A stretch of DNA of 64,000 bases from Fibrobacter sp. UBA4373 (GTDB taxonomy: Bacteria; Fibrobacterota; Fibrobacteria; Fibrobacterales; Fibrobacteraceae). This document shows positions 9,006 to 18,961 of the stretch, one piece after another. Both the position numbers and the translations under genes were made by a program. Position 1 is the first letter of the stretch, and every line of letters begins with the position of its first letter. The notes under the pieces are model-generated. The model did no database searches. It was not told the DNA's origin and saw nothing but the letters and a program-made list of their open reading frames with translations. Where the stretch lies: contig DGSB01000061.1 of the NCBI GenBank assembly GCA_002390045.1, positions 5,361 to 69,360 on the forward strand. The letters run 5' to 3'.

Positions 9006-9995
9006 ATGAAAAAATTTCTTCTGACTTTTACTTTGTTTGCAGTTTCTAGCCTCTTTGCTACACCGGAATGGGGCAGCGATTTCGCTTCGATGAGTGCTTT
9101 TCAAAAATCCGCAGGTCGTTCAAGCTATGTAAAGCCTATCGCCACTTACATGGGAACCGTTTTAAATGGAAGCTGGGTCACCGGAGCTTCTATCGACAAG
9201 AGCCTTGTTTTTGAAGCGGGCATGCCGTTCAACATCGCTTTCATTAGCGACGACGATCGTTCTTACAATTTTAACGGGATTAAGATTCCGACCATTTTCG
9301 GCGACAAGTTCGAAGGGGAACTCGGCGGAAGCAAGGAACTTCACAATCTTTCCGTTTTCACATTGCCCTATTTGCAAATGGGGCTGAGTGCGTTTTACAC
9401 ACGAATCGCTTTACGCGCCATGTATTTTCCAAGCATTAGCCAGCTCAAAGGGTATCATCTTTTTGGATTTGGTTTGCAGCATAGCTTTGGGCACTTCTTC
9501 GTCGACAAGCTTCCGGCCCCGCTCAAGGGTTTGGACGTGAGCCTTTTCTTCGGATATAACTCCGCCTATGTCGGTTATACTCCCGAAGACTGGGAAGGAC
9601 AATTGGACCTGGATTTTGGTTCGACCCACACGGCATTCATTATCGGTTACAAGCCGATTCCATTTGTTGAAGTCATGCTCTCGCTCGGCTACCAGACCGT
9701 TTCGATGGAAGCCGGCGGCAATATGATCGAATATGACGGCAATTACGCTACAGGGAGAACCGTAAAACCCGACGTCAATGTGGACGGCAACGGCGGATTC
9801 CGTTTAGGCTTCGAAGTCGCCTTCTCGTTTGGCGCCTTCCACCCGACAATCGGCGTGAATGCCGGTGCGAACACGTCTTTGAACGCCAACGTTCTTTACT
9901 TCAAGCAGACACTGCTTGAACTGAACCGTTCGGAAGCCAAAGACGATCCGGTGAACCACGTGGTTCAAGAACCGGAAGAAGAAGGTTCGAAGTAA
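9006..9995 (+). CDS. Exported putative beta-barrel protein (DUF6588-like)
   Basis: Signal peptide, IPTIFG, GFGLQHS, amphipathic beta strands. Confidence 0.6.
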   Translation: MKKFLLTFTLFAVSSLFATPEWGSDFASMSAFQKSAGRSSYVKPIATYMGTVLNGSWVTGASIDKSLVFEAGMPFNIAFISDDDRSYNFNGIKIPTIFGDKFEGELGGSKELHNLSVFTLPYLQMGLSAFYTRIALRAMYFPSISQLKGYHLFGFGLQHSFGHFFVDKLPAPLKGLDVSLFFGYNSAYVGYTPEDWEGQLDLDFGSTHTAFIIGYKPIPFVEVMLSLGYQTVSMEAGGNMIEYDGNYATGRTVKPDVNVDGNGGFRLGFEVAFSFGAFHPTIGVNAGANTSLNANVLYFKQTLLELNRSEAKDDPVNHVVQEPEEEGSK

Positions 9996-10012
9996 CTTTC
10001 CGGGAGCTGGCC

Positions 10013-11851
10013 TTGCTCGAATCGATTCAAAAGAGGCTTGAAGAGCTCCCATCGCGTCCCGGCGTTTACTTGATGAAGAACGCCGCCGGGAAAATCATTT
10101 ACGTGGGGAAGGCAAAAGTCCTTGCCCACCGCGTTCGCAGTTATTTCGACGGCAGGCCAAAGCCAGGACATCGTGCGGCAATGCTCATGTTGCCGTACAT
10201 TCACGACATTGAATGGATTGTAACCGACACCGAACAGGAAGCCTTTATCCTCGAAGCGAACCTGATTCGAAAGCACAAACCCCATTACAATGTCCGCTTA
10301 AAAGACGACAAGCATTATCCCTACATTGCCATTAATTTAAAGGATCCTTTCCCAAGACTTTTTCTTTCCAGGCATGTAAGCAATCGCTTCCGCTGCTACG
10401 GGCCTTTCCCCAGTTCCAAAGCATTCCGCACATTGGTAGATATTTCCGCCCGGCTTTTTAAAATGCGGGAATGCAAGCTCGTATTCCCTTTGGCAAAGCC
10501 CCAGCGCCCTTGTTTAAACTACCACATCGGCCGCTGTATGGCGCCTTGCGCCAACCTTTGCACCCAAGAAGAATACGCGAAAAGCGTGAATGAAATGGTT
10601 CAGATTTTGGAAGGCAAGCGCGACGATTTGCTCACCCAGTGGACTCGCGAAATGCAAGAAGCCAGCGCGAACCTGGATTTTGAAACCGCGGCCAAAAAGC
10701 GCGACGCCATTGAAGCCTTGCAAGCGACCAATACAAGTCAAAAAGCGGACACAATCGATACAACGCTCAAGCTCGACGTAATCGCAGTACGCCGCAACGG
10801 AAACCTCGCCACAGCGGTCATTTTCGAATATCGCAAAGGCGTGATTTCGGGCCGCAGGCATTACCAGCTCGAATGCGACCAGGACCAGGATGAATCGGAA
10901 ATTCTTTGCGAAACACTCCTCAAATGGTACGAAGGCGAAGAGCTGATTCCGAATGAAATCGCCATCAGCAACCCGATCCCCGAAGAAGACCGCTTACAGC
11001 TAGAAGAAGAACTTGCAAGCCTCACCACACATAAAGTATCGATCGGCGTGCCCCAGCGCGGAGAACGCGTTCAATTTGTCAAGCTCGCACTGGCCAATGC
11101 CGAAATGCTCCTCGTCGAAGCCCAGTCCGAAGTCAAGCATTTTGACGAAGTCGATCAGAGCGTTTACGATTTGCAAAGAGAACTCGGGCTTGCCAAGACT
11201 CCGTTCCGCATTGAATGCGTGGATATTTCCCATTTGGCGGGAACGCATACCGTGGCGAGCCTTGTCGCTTTTAAGAATGGCCGACCCGACAAAAAGAACT
11301 ATCGAAAGTTCATCATCAAAACCGTTTCCGGCATCGATGACTTCGCGAGCATGCGCGAAGTCATGACGCGCCGCCTACGGCGCCTTGAAGCCGAAGGCGT
11401 TCCGATGCCGGATCTCTGGGTCTGTGACGGTGGTAAAGGACAGGTCGATGCGACGATGCAGATTCTGCGGGAACTCGGACACGATAAAGACTTGCCTCTC
11501 ATCGGGCTTGCCAAGCGTTTGGAAGAAATCGTCTTCCCCGACGACAGAAAATCCATCGTGTTACACCGTACCAGCGCCGCTTTAAAGCTTTTGCAAAACG
11601 CCCGTGACGAAGCCCACCGCTTCGCGATTACGTATCAGCGCAGCAAACGCAAAGAAGATTTGCGAGTCGCCTGGCTCGACCTTCCGGGAATCGGTGACGA
11701 AACCCGCATCAAAATTCTTTCTAAATACCGCAGCCGTGACGAATTCTTAAAAGCTCCGATTGAAGATATCCAGGATCTTTTCGGCCAAAAACGCGGCCTT
11801 TCGATTCGCGAAAAAGTGGAAAACTACGATCCCGAAGCGGAGATGTTTTGA
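10013..11851 (+). CDS. uvrC: Excinuclease ABC subunit C
   Basis: GIY-YIG (PGVYLM..YVGKAK), IECVDISH, DGGKGQ, RDEAHRFA. Confidence 0.97.
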   Translation: MLESIQKRLEELPSRPGVYLMKNAAGKIIYVGKAKVLAHRVRSYFDGRPKPGHRAAMLMLPYIHDIEWIVTDTEQEAFILEANLIRKHKPHYNVRLKDDKHYPYIAINLKDPFPRLFLSRHVSNRFRCYGPFPSSKAFRTLVDISARLFKMRECKLVFPLAKPQRPCLNYHIGRCMAPCANLCTQEEYAKSVNEMVQILEGKRDDLLTQWTREMQEASANLDFETAAKKRDAIEALQATNTSQKADTIDTTLKLDVIAVRRNGNLATAVIFEYRKGVISGRRHYQLECDQDQDESEILCETLLKWYEGEELIPNEIAISNPIPEEDRLQLEEELASLTTHKVSIGVPQRGERVQFVKLALANAEMLLVEAQSEVKHFDEVDQSVYDLQRELGLAKTPFRIECVDISHLAGTHTVASLVAFKNGRPDKKNYRKFIIKTVSGIDDFASMREVMTRRLRRLEAEGVPMPDLWVCDGGKGQVDATMQILRELGHDKDLPLIGLAKRLEEIVFPDDRKSIVLHRTSAALKLLQNARDEAHRFAITYQRSKRKEDLRVAWLDLPGIGDETRIKILSKYRSRDEFLKAPIEDIQDLFGQKRGLSIREKVENYDPEAEMF

Positions 11852-12930
11852 TCCGTAAAATCATCCATATCGATATGGACTGCTTTTTCGCTGCCGTCGA
11901 AATGCGAAGCGACCCTTCCCTGCGCGACGTTCCGATGGCAGTCGGCGGAACCGTGGAGCAGCGCGGAGTACTTTCCACCTGCAACTATCCCGCACGAAAG
12001 TTCGGTTTGCATTCGGCAATGTCCACGTACAAAGCGTTCAAGCTTTGCCCCGAGCTTAAGCTCGTGCCGCCTCACTTCGAAATGTACAAAGCGGAATCTG
12101 ACGAAATTTTCAAAATCTTTTACCGGTATACAAACCGCGTCGAAGGCTTAAGCCTTGACGAAGCCTTTTTAGACGTCACCGGAAGCGATACGCAAAATGG
12201 TTCCGCATCGCTCATTGCACAAGAAATCCGCGATACCATTTTCAAAGAGCGCGACGGAATCACGGCAAGCGCAGGCATTGCACCGAACAAGTTTCTTGCC
12301 AAAGTCGCAAGCGATTGGAATAAGCCCAACGGCCAATTTACCATTAGTCCAAACGATGTAGAAGCGTTCACGCTCGAACTTCCTCTGAATAAAATCCCAG
12401 GCGTCGGAAAAGCATGCGATAAAAAACTTGCATCACTAGGGCTTTCGCTTTGCAAGGACATTCTTCCGCTTTCCCGAGAAACTCTCGCCAAGCACTTTGG
12501 AAGTTTTGGAGATTCCCTCTACTTTTTTGCCCGCGGAATCGACGACCGTCCGGTCGTCACCAGCCGCGTCCGAAAATCCGTTTCCACAGAAAACACTTTT
12601 TCCAAAGACATTCAAGGGATCGAAGATTGCGAGCAAGAACTCCGCACGATCTATTTTGAATTCTTAAAACGGGCCCACCGTTATGTGGAAAAAGAAAATC
12701 AAAAGGTTTTTCCCGCATTTCATTGCTTTGTAAAAATCAAATACGCGAATTTCAAATCGACGACGATTGAACGCTGCTTTAAAGACGTATCGTGGAAAAG
12801 ATTTTCGACGCTATTCCGAGAACGCTACGATTGTAGCCAAAAAGTCCGCCTATTGGGGGCCGGAATACGCTTAGACGAGCCAGAGGAAGCCGATTCACAA
12901 ACAGATCTGTTTGAAAGAGAAAAGCTTTGA
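11848..12930 (+). CDS. dinB: DNA polymerase IV
   Basis: IIHIDMDCFFAAVE, SLDEAFLD, NKFLAKVASDWNKPNG; TTG start overlaps the uvrC stop. Confidence 0.96.
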   Translation: MIRKIIHIDMDCFFAAVEMRSDPSLRDVPMAVGGTVEQRGVLSTCNYPARKFGLHSAMSTYKAFKLCPELKLVPPHFEMYKAESDEIFKIFYRYTNRVEGLSLDEAFLDVTGSDTQNGSASLIAQEIRDTIFKERDGITASAGIAPNKFLAKVASDWNKPNGQFTISPNDVEAFTLELPLNKIPGVGKACDKKLASLGLSLCKDILPLSRETLAKHFGSFGDSLYFFARGIDDRPVVTSRVRKSVSTENTFSKDIQGIEDCEQELRTIYFEFLKRAHRYVEKENQKVFPAFHCFVKIKYANFKSTTIERCFKDVSWKRFSTLFRERYDCSQKVRLLGAGIRLDEPEEADSQTDLFEREKL

Positions 12931-12987
12931 AATCTCACGGTTATACTCCTCTCAATTTTTATTATTTTAATCTTGGGGGGATTTAAT

Positions 12988-13902
12988 ATGCGGTCTTTGA
13001 TTTTTATATTCAGCCTTTGCGTTCTGATTTCATGCGCATCCAGTTCCACGGCAACGCCTAAAGAATTGGATGTTGAAAAAGAACTTCGCCAAAATTCCTT
13101 GGATTTTACAGAACGACAGGGAGAAGTTTCCACTTCTGTCATCAAGTCCAAATCCATTTCGAGGCCATCCATCATGGTCCTCCCGGAAAATGCGAAGAAT
13201 CTCCAAGAAAGCGTCCGCCTTTTAAAAGAAAACCCTTACGCGGCTGCCGCCGCCAACGCCATTAACGGCTACCTCACCGAAAGGCAATTCCTTGTCAAAG
13301 CGGTAGAAGGCTCTTCCCAAATCAATGACGTCGTCAATCTTCAAAGTGAAATCGCCGGCCAGGACGAAGACCTTTCTTACATCACTAGCCTTTCTTTTGG
13401 AGCCGACGTTTACATCCAGTTTTCTACGGATATCCGTCATGGTCAAATTCTTGCCAGCCTGAGCGCCTACGAATCTACATCGGCCCGTCTACTCGGATCC
13501 CAGACGTCCACGGTAAACGACAACGGAACCCGCAAAGAGGAACTGATCGCAAGCGCCGTGCACAAGGCTTTGCCGAGTCTTCTGCGCAAAGTCCAATCCT
13601 ACTGGGACGAAGATTCCCAAATCGGGGTTCCGTACAAAATCATTCTGCACTTTACCGGAGATTTTAACGATCTCGATGAAGCCCACGCTCGCGTTTCCAC
13701 CCTTTTAAAACAACAATTTGTTAAAATCTCCCCCAACGCGATGACCGACAGGACATCCGATTACACCGTTTACGTCAATCCGCAAGATTTCGGTGATTCC
13801 TACGAAGTCTACAATGCCCTGCGCGCCTCTCTCGGTTCCGCTTTTAATGTGAAAAAGAATGCTCTTGTTCAAAAACTTTTGATTGTGGAAGTGCAGCCAT
13901 GA
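12988..13902 (+). CDS. Lipoprotein (DUF6175-like)
   Basis: Lipobox LISC, RPSIMVLP, GADVYI..AYESTSARLLG. Confidence 0.6.
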   Translation: MRSLIFIFSLCVLISCASSSTATPKELDVEKELRQNSLDFTERQGEVSTSVIKSKSISRPSIMVLPENAKNLQESVRLLKENPYAAAAANAINGYLTERQFLVKAVEGSSQINDVVNLQSEIAGQDEDLSYITSLSFGADVYIQFSTDIRHGQILASLSAYESTSARLLGSQTSTVNDNGTRKEELIASAVHKALPSLLRKVQSYWDEDSQIGVPYKIILHFTGDFNDLDEAHARVSTLLKQQFVKISPNAMTDRTSDYTVYVNPQDFGDSYEVYNALRASLGSAFNVKKNALVQKLLIVEVQP

Positions 13903-15107
13903 CACGCTTCTTTGTCATTTTTTTCCTATGTGCCATTGCCGTTTGCGAAGCCCGCATCGTCACGTTTACAGCCACGTCCACTGTTTCGCAAGAAGATGCC
14001 GACAAGCAGGCGATGGCAGGCGTCGCCATGCAAATTCGGTCGCACATTTCCGTTTCGCATACCTTGCAAAAATCCGAATCGAAAAATTCAAAGCAATCCG
14101 ATTTGCAAAAAAAGTACACTGAAAACATCCATGTTCAATCGGAATTGACTTTGGACGGAGTAGAATTAAAACGCCGAAAAATTAAAAAAGACCTATGGGA
14201 AAGCACGGCTAAACTCGATACAGACAAAGCCACCGCGTCCCTTCGCCAAAAATTAACAGAAACCAAATTTGAAGCGCATAAATTAGACTCCATCATTTGC
14301 AATGCCATCGGACTTCACCAGTTCGAAACCGCGATCAAAGCTTATGGAGAGTTAGTCCCATTACAACTCTCGCACCAACGTGCCGCAGCGGACATTTCCA
14401 TTTTTGAAGTACTGGACAAATCCGAAATTTTTGGCGCAAACGTTCCCGCCCTGGAAATGATGATTTCCGAAGCCGTCGCCGGGTTAGAAATTTCCTTTGA
14501 AGGGGACGTCCCAACCCAGGTCGAAAATGACGCTTTGGGACCATTCCGAATTCTCGTCCAAGATCCCCGCGGTCCCATTCCAAAGATCAAAGTTCTTGCC
14601 GAGCAAAATCAAAAAATTGTGGCCGAAGCCCTCACGGATTCAAACGGCATTGCCATTTTCCACTTAAGAAACATCGAAACCTTCAAGGGCGAACATTCGA
14701 TTACCTTCCGGATTTTTATTCCCAAATTCGGAAAGCAAAGTTCCAATCTGGAAAAAAGAATTTCTTACCATTCCGACATTCCCAAATGCTCTTACACGAT
14801 GAGTTGCCAAGGAGACGGTGCCACCTGTATCGCCGTCGAGAACCTTTTCGCCAAAGCCGGTTTTGAAGAAATCAAGAACAGTAAGAATCTATCTGTCCAA
14901 ATTAAGGATCTAGGGACAAAGGTTTTTGAAGGCGGTCCCAAAAAGATTTCAACCGTGGAACTCCTGCTTTCGCTCTCTGGCGAAAAAATTCGTTATTCCA
15001 AGCAGATAAAAGGGACCGGATCGTCGGAATTCTCTGCCAAATCGAACGCGATTTATAAAATTTCCGTTTCAGAAATCCAACAAGCCCTTCAACCGCTTTG
15101 CGAATGA
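13899..15107 (+). CDS. Exported protein with LPP20-like N-terminal domain
   Basis: Signal peptide, ADKQAMAGVAMQIRSHISV..SELTLDGV; coupled to the upstream gene. Confidence 0.55.
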   Translation: MTRFFVIFFLCAIAVCEARIVTFTATSTVSQEDADKQAMAGVAMQIRSHISVSHTLQKSESKNSKQSDLQKKYTENIHVQSELTLDGVELKRRKIKKDLWESTAKLDTDKATASLRQKLTETKFEAHKLDSIICNAIGLHQFETAIKAYGELVPLQLSHQRAAADISIFEVLDKSEIFGANVPALEMMISEAVAGLEISFEGDVPTQVENDALGPFRILVQDPRGPIPKIKVLAEQNQKIVAEALTDSNGIAIFHLRNIETFKGEHSITFRIFIPKFGKQSSNLEKRISYHSDIPKCSYTMSCQGDGATCIAVENLFAKAGFEEIKNSKNLSVQIKDLGTKVFEGGPKKISTVELLLSLSGEKIRYSKQIKGTGSSEFSAKSNAIYKISVSEIQQALQPLCE

Positions 15108-15769
15108 TGAAATTGAAAAAAATTTTATTCTTCTGGATTGCGTTCACCACAACGCTTTTTGCTTTTTCACAAGAAGAATCCCCCATTGACGACCGAGCCA
15201 AATTTTTGTCGGAAGAGGAACGCGCTTCCTTTGAAGCTTACGCAGGCGAGCTCTACGAAAAGACTCATTTTTCGCTCTATCTGTACACGGACGATTCTGA
15301 AGTGCGCAACCCGGAGCCCTTCGCGGATTCCCTTTGCCAAGCAGGCGTACAAAGAGATTCTTTACGTGCAGTCATCTTCATCGACGGATCTTCGCATTAC
15401 CGTTATTTAGCAACGTCCCCAGCAGCCAAAAAATTCATTTCCAAAGAAATGGCAGAACGTTTGGCGCAAAAGTATCTGCTGCCGGAATTTCGCAAGGATC
15501 GCTACGGGCAAGGCATCATTGTCTTTGGGGCAGAACTCGCCAAAAACGTCGCCCGATTAAACGATGTCCGTTTAAGTTCCCGTCTGCCGAGACCTTCGAA
15601 GGACGGGCTTCCTGGAATCGCCTGGTTTTTAATGATCGCGGTTCTTGCCACCATTCTCGTCGCCTTTGCTTATTTTGCCCGTCAAAGCCACCGGGCCAAG
15701 CGCCGAGAAAAAATCCGGGAATTTGGCGGTTTCCCTCACCACAAAATGGATTCCGGTTTCGGAGGTTAA
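15104..15769 (+). CDS. TPM-domain membrane protein
   Basis: IDDRAKFLS, LLPEFRKDRYGQGI, C-terminal TM helix and Gly-rich tail. Confidence 0.8.
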   Translation: MMKLKKILFFWIAFTTTLFAFSQEESPIDDRAKFLSEEERASFEAYAGELYEKTHFSLYLYTDDSEVRNPEPFADSLCQAGVQRDSLRAVIFIDGSSHYRYLATSPAAKKFISKEMAERLAQKYLLPEFRKDRYGQGIIVFGAELAKNVARLNDVRLSSRLPRPSKDGLPGIAWFLMIAVLATILVAFAYFARQSHRAKRREKIREFGGFPHHKMDSGFGG

Positions 15770-15770
15770 T

Positions 15771-16442
15771 ATGAAAAAGATTTTGACTCTGCAAGACATT
15801 ACGAGTTCTTCTTGGGGGGAACGTTTTCACGAAGCCTTCGGCGCCAATTTGAAATCCGTCTTTTTGCATGGGAACTGCCTTTATGAAGGTTTTGATGCGT
15901 TGCACGAATCCTGGCAGGTCAGCCTTATCCTCGAAAGCGACAAGCCGAGCGAGTTGCAAAACGCGCATGCGATTGCCCGCGAAATGAGCAAGGATAATCT
16001 CAAATTCGGATATTTCTTTACCGAAGATTTTTTGCGCTCGAAATCAAACATCTATCCGCTTGAATTTTTGCACATTTCCCAAAAGAACGTTCCGCTTTTC
16101 GGCAATGCCCCGCTCGCCGGTTTCGTTCCAAACGCAGACGCTCTCCAGGCCGAATGCAAACGAGAACTCGAAAATCGAAAGCTCCAATTGCTCCGCGAAT
16201 TTTCCCGTATCCAAGCAGGGATTTCCCCGATGGATTTTTTCATTGAGGCCTATGAAGAAATCTACCCGATCTTATACGGGATTGCATACTTGCAAACAAA
16301 AGGATATCCGCAGAACCGGGCAGAAATCGCTCAGGCGTTCCCTGCTTTTGAAATCCAAGAACCGGCTCTGGATTATAAGCAGAACGTGGAGCGCGCAGAC
16401 CAATTCTTCGCGTCCCTCGATCAGCTGATCCAAAGTCTTTAA
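15771..16442 (+). CDS. Hypothetical protein, degenerate nucleotidyltransferase-like
   Basis: GGAGG SD before MKKIL; FGANLKSVFLHG, YPLEFLHI, CKRELE. Confidence 0.55.
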   Translation: MKKILTLQDITSSSWGERFHEAFGANLKSVFLHGNCLYEGFDALHESWQVSLILESDKPSELQNAHAIAREMSKDNLKFGYFFTEDFLRSKSNIYPLEFLHISQKNVPLFGNAPLAGFVPNADALQAECKRELENRKLQLLREFSRIQAGISPMDFFIEAYEEIYPILYGIAYLQTKGYPQNRAEIAQAFPAFEIQEPALDYKQNVERADQFFASLDQLIQSL

Positions 16443-17293
16443 TTCTGAATTTTTAAAATGGCCCGCGCAATGTAACGCGGCAAATCCGAAGCGAGCACTC
16501 CATATTCGGAAAGTTCCGTTGCCGCGATTTCACCGGCTAGGCCATGGATTTTAGCCCCGAGAACAGCCGCGTCAAACGGTTCCATTCCTTGAGCCAAAAG
16601 CCCTGCAATGATCCCCGTAAGGCAGTCTCCCGAGCCCGCTTTAGCAAGAGCCGAACAGCCGGTTTCATTGACGCGAAATTCATCTCCCTTCGCAATGACC
16701 GTGCGATGTCCTTTCAACAAGACAACCGCTCCGAATTTTTTCGAAGCTTCTCGCGCGGAATCAATCCGGTTCTTTTGAATATCCTCTACGGTTGTGTTCA
16801 GCAATCTCGAAAGTTCTTTCGGGTGAGGCGTCATCACCGCAGAATTTTTTAAATCCATTGTTTTGCCGGATTTGGCAAGCATATTCAAACCGTCGGCGTC
16901 CAAAACAAAGGGAACTTCTTTTCTTAAAAAGAGTTCTATTAAGGACATCACGAGCGTCGGTAAATTTTCCGGATAGTTGCCGATAGCCGAAATTCCGCAG
17001 CCCAAAGAGCAGACCGTTCCAGGCAAAAGCCGTTCCGCAATCACTTCAACCGTTTCTCTGGACATCGTAAGCCCATTCTGCGGAAGCGGCAAATAAACGG
17101 CATCCGGCAACTGCGACGCTACCGATTCCACCACTGGCGGGATCGCCGCAAGGGTGACATAGCCAGCTCCGACTCGCAGCGCGGAGACGCTCGAAAGGTA
17201 AGCTGCACCCCGATAATTCACAGAACCCGCAATATTCAGCACATTGCCAAAGGTGAATTTATTCGAATCGCTCGGTCGCAGAGGAAGCCGCAT
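16439..17293 (-). CDS. nnrD: NAD(P)H-hydrate dehydratase (stand-alone)
   Basis: AGSVNYRGAA, VLDADGLN, TPHPKEL, LLKG, LAKAGSGDCLTG. Confidence 0.92.
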   Translation of the reverse strand: MRLPLRPSDSNKFTFGNVLNIAGSVNYRGAAYLSSVSALRVGAGYVTLAAIPPVVESVASQLPDAVYLPLPQNGLTMSRETVEVIAERLLPGTVCSLGCGISAIGNYPENLPTLVMSLIELFLRKEVPFVLDADGLNMLAKSGKTMDLKNSAVMTPHPKELSRLLNTTVEDIQKNRIDSAREASKKFGAVVLLKGHRTVIAKGDEFRVNETGCSALAKAGSGDCLTGIIAGLLAQGMEPFDAAVLGAKIHGLAGEIAATELSEYGVLASDLPRYIARAILKIQN

Positions 17294-17294
17294 A

Positions 17295-18002
17295 TCAATT
17301 CTCCAAAAGAGCCCGGAACCTTTCCAAATCAGCAGTCGTCGTCAGCTTGTCGTTCAGGGTATTCCCAGGGACAATGTAAACGGGAACTCCAAAATGTTCC
17401 AAAATCGACGCTTCATCTGTCGGAAGGAACGCCAACGGTTCCGCTTCTATTTTTGCATAGAGCTCACGGAAAAGCTTCACCGAGGCCGCTTGCGGGGTCT
17501 GTGCTAAATAAATTTTTTCACGCGGGATCGTGCGTTCCACCTTTCCATCTTCCACCACTTTAACCGTATCGACCGAAGGCCGTGCCACAAGGCATGCGCC
17601 TTTCGTTTCAAGGGTTTCCATCACCTGCAAAATCAATTCTTCGGAAAGCAGCGGACGAGCCACATCATGAACCAGGGCGAATTCCACGTCGGCAGAAAGC
17701 GCTTCAATCCCATTTTGCACCGACTGCCAACGTTCCTTGCCTCCGACAACAATCTTGACTTTTTCGGCAAACGGAAAATTTTGCAGATCCGTTTCGAAGT
17801 GGGACTTCCAATCCGCCGGAACAGCCAGCACGACTTCGGCAATCTGTGGCATTTTGGCAAAAGTTTCAAGCGAATAATGGTACACAGGCTTTCCTCCCAA
17901 ATCGATCAATTGTTTGGGAAGGGCCGAGCCCATGCGCTTTCCAAGTCCACCTGCAGGGAGAACTGCGGCAAATTTTTTTTCTGATTTCAAATTATTTGGC
18001 AT
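17295..18002 (-). CDS. ispD: 2-C-methyl-D-erythritol 4-phosphate cytidylyltransferase
   Basis: PAGGLGKRMG..PKQ, GGKERWQSV, VHDVARP, AQTPQ, TDEAS, KLTT. Confidence 0.95.
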   Translation of the reverse strand: MPNNLKSEKKFAAVLPAGGLGKRMGSALPKQLIDLGGKPVYHYSLETFAKMPQIAEVVLAVPADWKSHFETDLQNFPFAEKVKIVVGGKERWQSVQNGIEALSADVEFALVHDVARPLLSEELILQVMETLETKGACLVARPSVDTVKVVEDGKVERTIPREKIYLAQTPQAASVKLFRELYAKIEAEPLAFLPTDEASILEHFGVPVYIVPGNTLNDKLTTTADLERFRALLEN

Positions 18003-18921
18003 TTTGTACACAGCGAACGGAATAACCCGCCGTTTTAAAGTTGTAGTAGCGGTAAATATCGGAAGCGTCATAACTCAAGCTGCGGTAATAAGCAGTCGTC
18101 GAATCCCGCTCCGTCGATGTCCAATAATAAGTGTGAAAGCCTTGATACATATAGGAGCCTTCATAGACAATTCCCGAAGGCAGTGCGCGGAAGCCCATCG
18201 CATCATTTCCATTTCCCGACGCTTCTTCATCGTTTTGCCAACCTTCACGCGACTTTAACTTTGTACCGCCATCGTCACCTAAGACTTTTGTGAGTTCGCT
18301 CCATTCGGCATCGGACGGAAGTCTCCAACCTTTGGGGCAGATCCGCTTTGCCGTTTCAAAGTCATACAGGCGACCATACTTCCGGCAATTATCCCGCTTC
18401 TTTCCGTAGCAAGAGGATCCCGAAAATGTCCACGAGTTCAGGTTTTTAGTCATCCAGCGAAGATTTCCAATGACGACTGTTTCCTGATCGTCCATGCAGG
18501 CTTTAAAACCAGCCGAAATCTGGACCGAATCCCCGGGCATGGTAAAGCTTGCCGAGTCCGCCGAAAAGACGTTCAACGCTTTGGAATATTTGGAAGGAGA
18601 AACCGACCAGCCATTAAAACAAAGGCTTTCGCTTTTACTTTCCAAGGCGAGAACGACCGAAGCGCCTTCCGCATAGACTCCGGAACCCGAAGCTCCCTTG
18701 ACCGTAAGCGGAAAGACCGTAGCCGCTGACGAAGAGCTCGCCAGTTCAGAGCTAGAGCTTTCTCCAACTGAAGACGAAAGACTGTGAACCACGGTTTTGG
18801 CGTTTAACGGCAAAGCCACTTTTTCACTTTCCGATCTTTTTTCTGGAGAATTTTCCTGAGATTCCTGTGCAGAACAGGCAAATACAAATAAAGCGCTCCA
18901 AATCAGCCATAAAATTCGCAT
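17992..18921 (-). CDS. Lipoprotein with C-terminal FISUMP (Fibrobacter major paralogous) domain
   Basis: Lipobox VFAC; VIGNLRWMTKNLN..YGRLY..ICPKGWRLPSDAEW..YSVRCVQ. Confidence 0.92.
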   Translation of the reverse strand: MRILWLIWSALFVFACSAQESQENSPEKRSESEKVALPLNAKTVVHSLSSSVGESSSSELASSSSAATVFPLTVKGASGSGVYAEGASVVLALESKSESLCFNGWSVSPSKYSKALNVFSADSASFTMPGDSVQISAGFKACMDDQETVVIGNLRWMTKNLNSWTFSGSSCYGKKRDNCRKYGRLYDFETAKRICPKGWRLPSDAEWSELTKVLGDDGGTKLKSREGWQNDEEASGNGNDAMGFRALPSGIVYEGSYMYQGFHTYYWTSTERDSTTAYYRSLSYDASDIYRYYNFKTAGYSVRCVQNAK

Positions 18922-18961
18922 TTCCGTCTCCTTGTTAAAGGAAAAATAATAATTTCACTTT

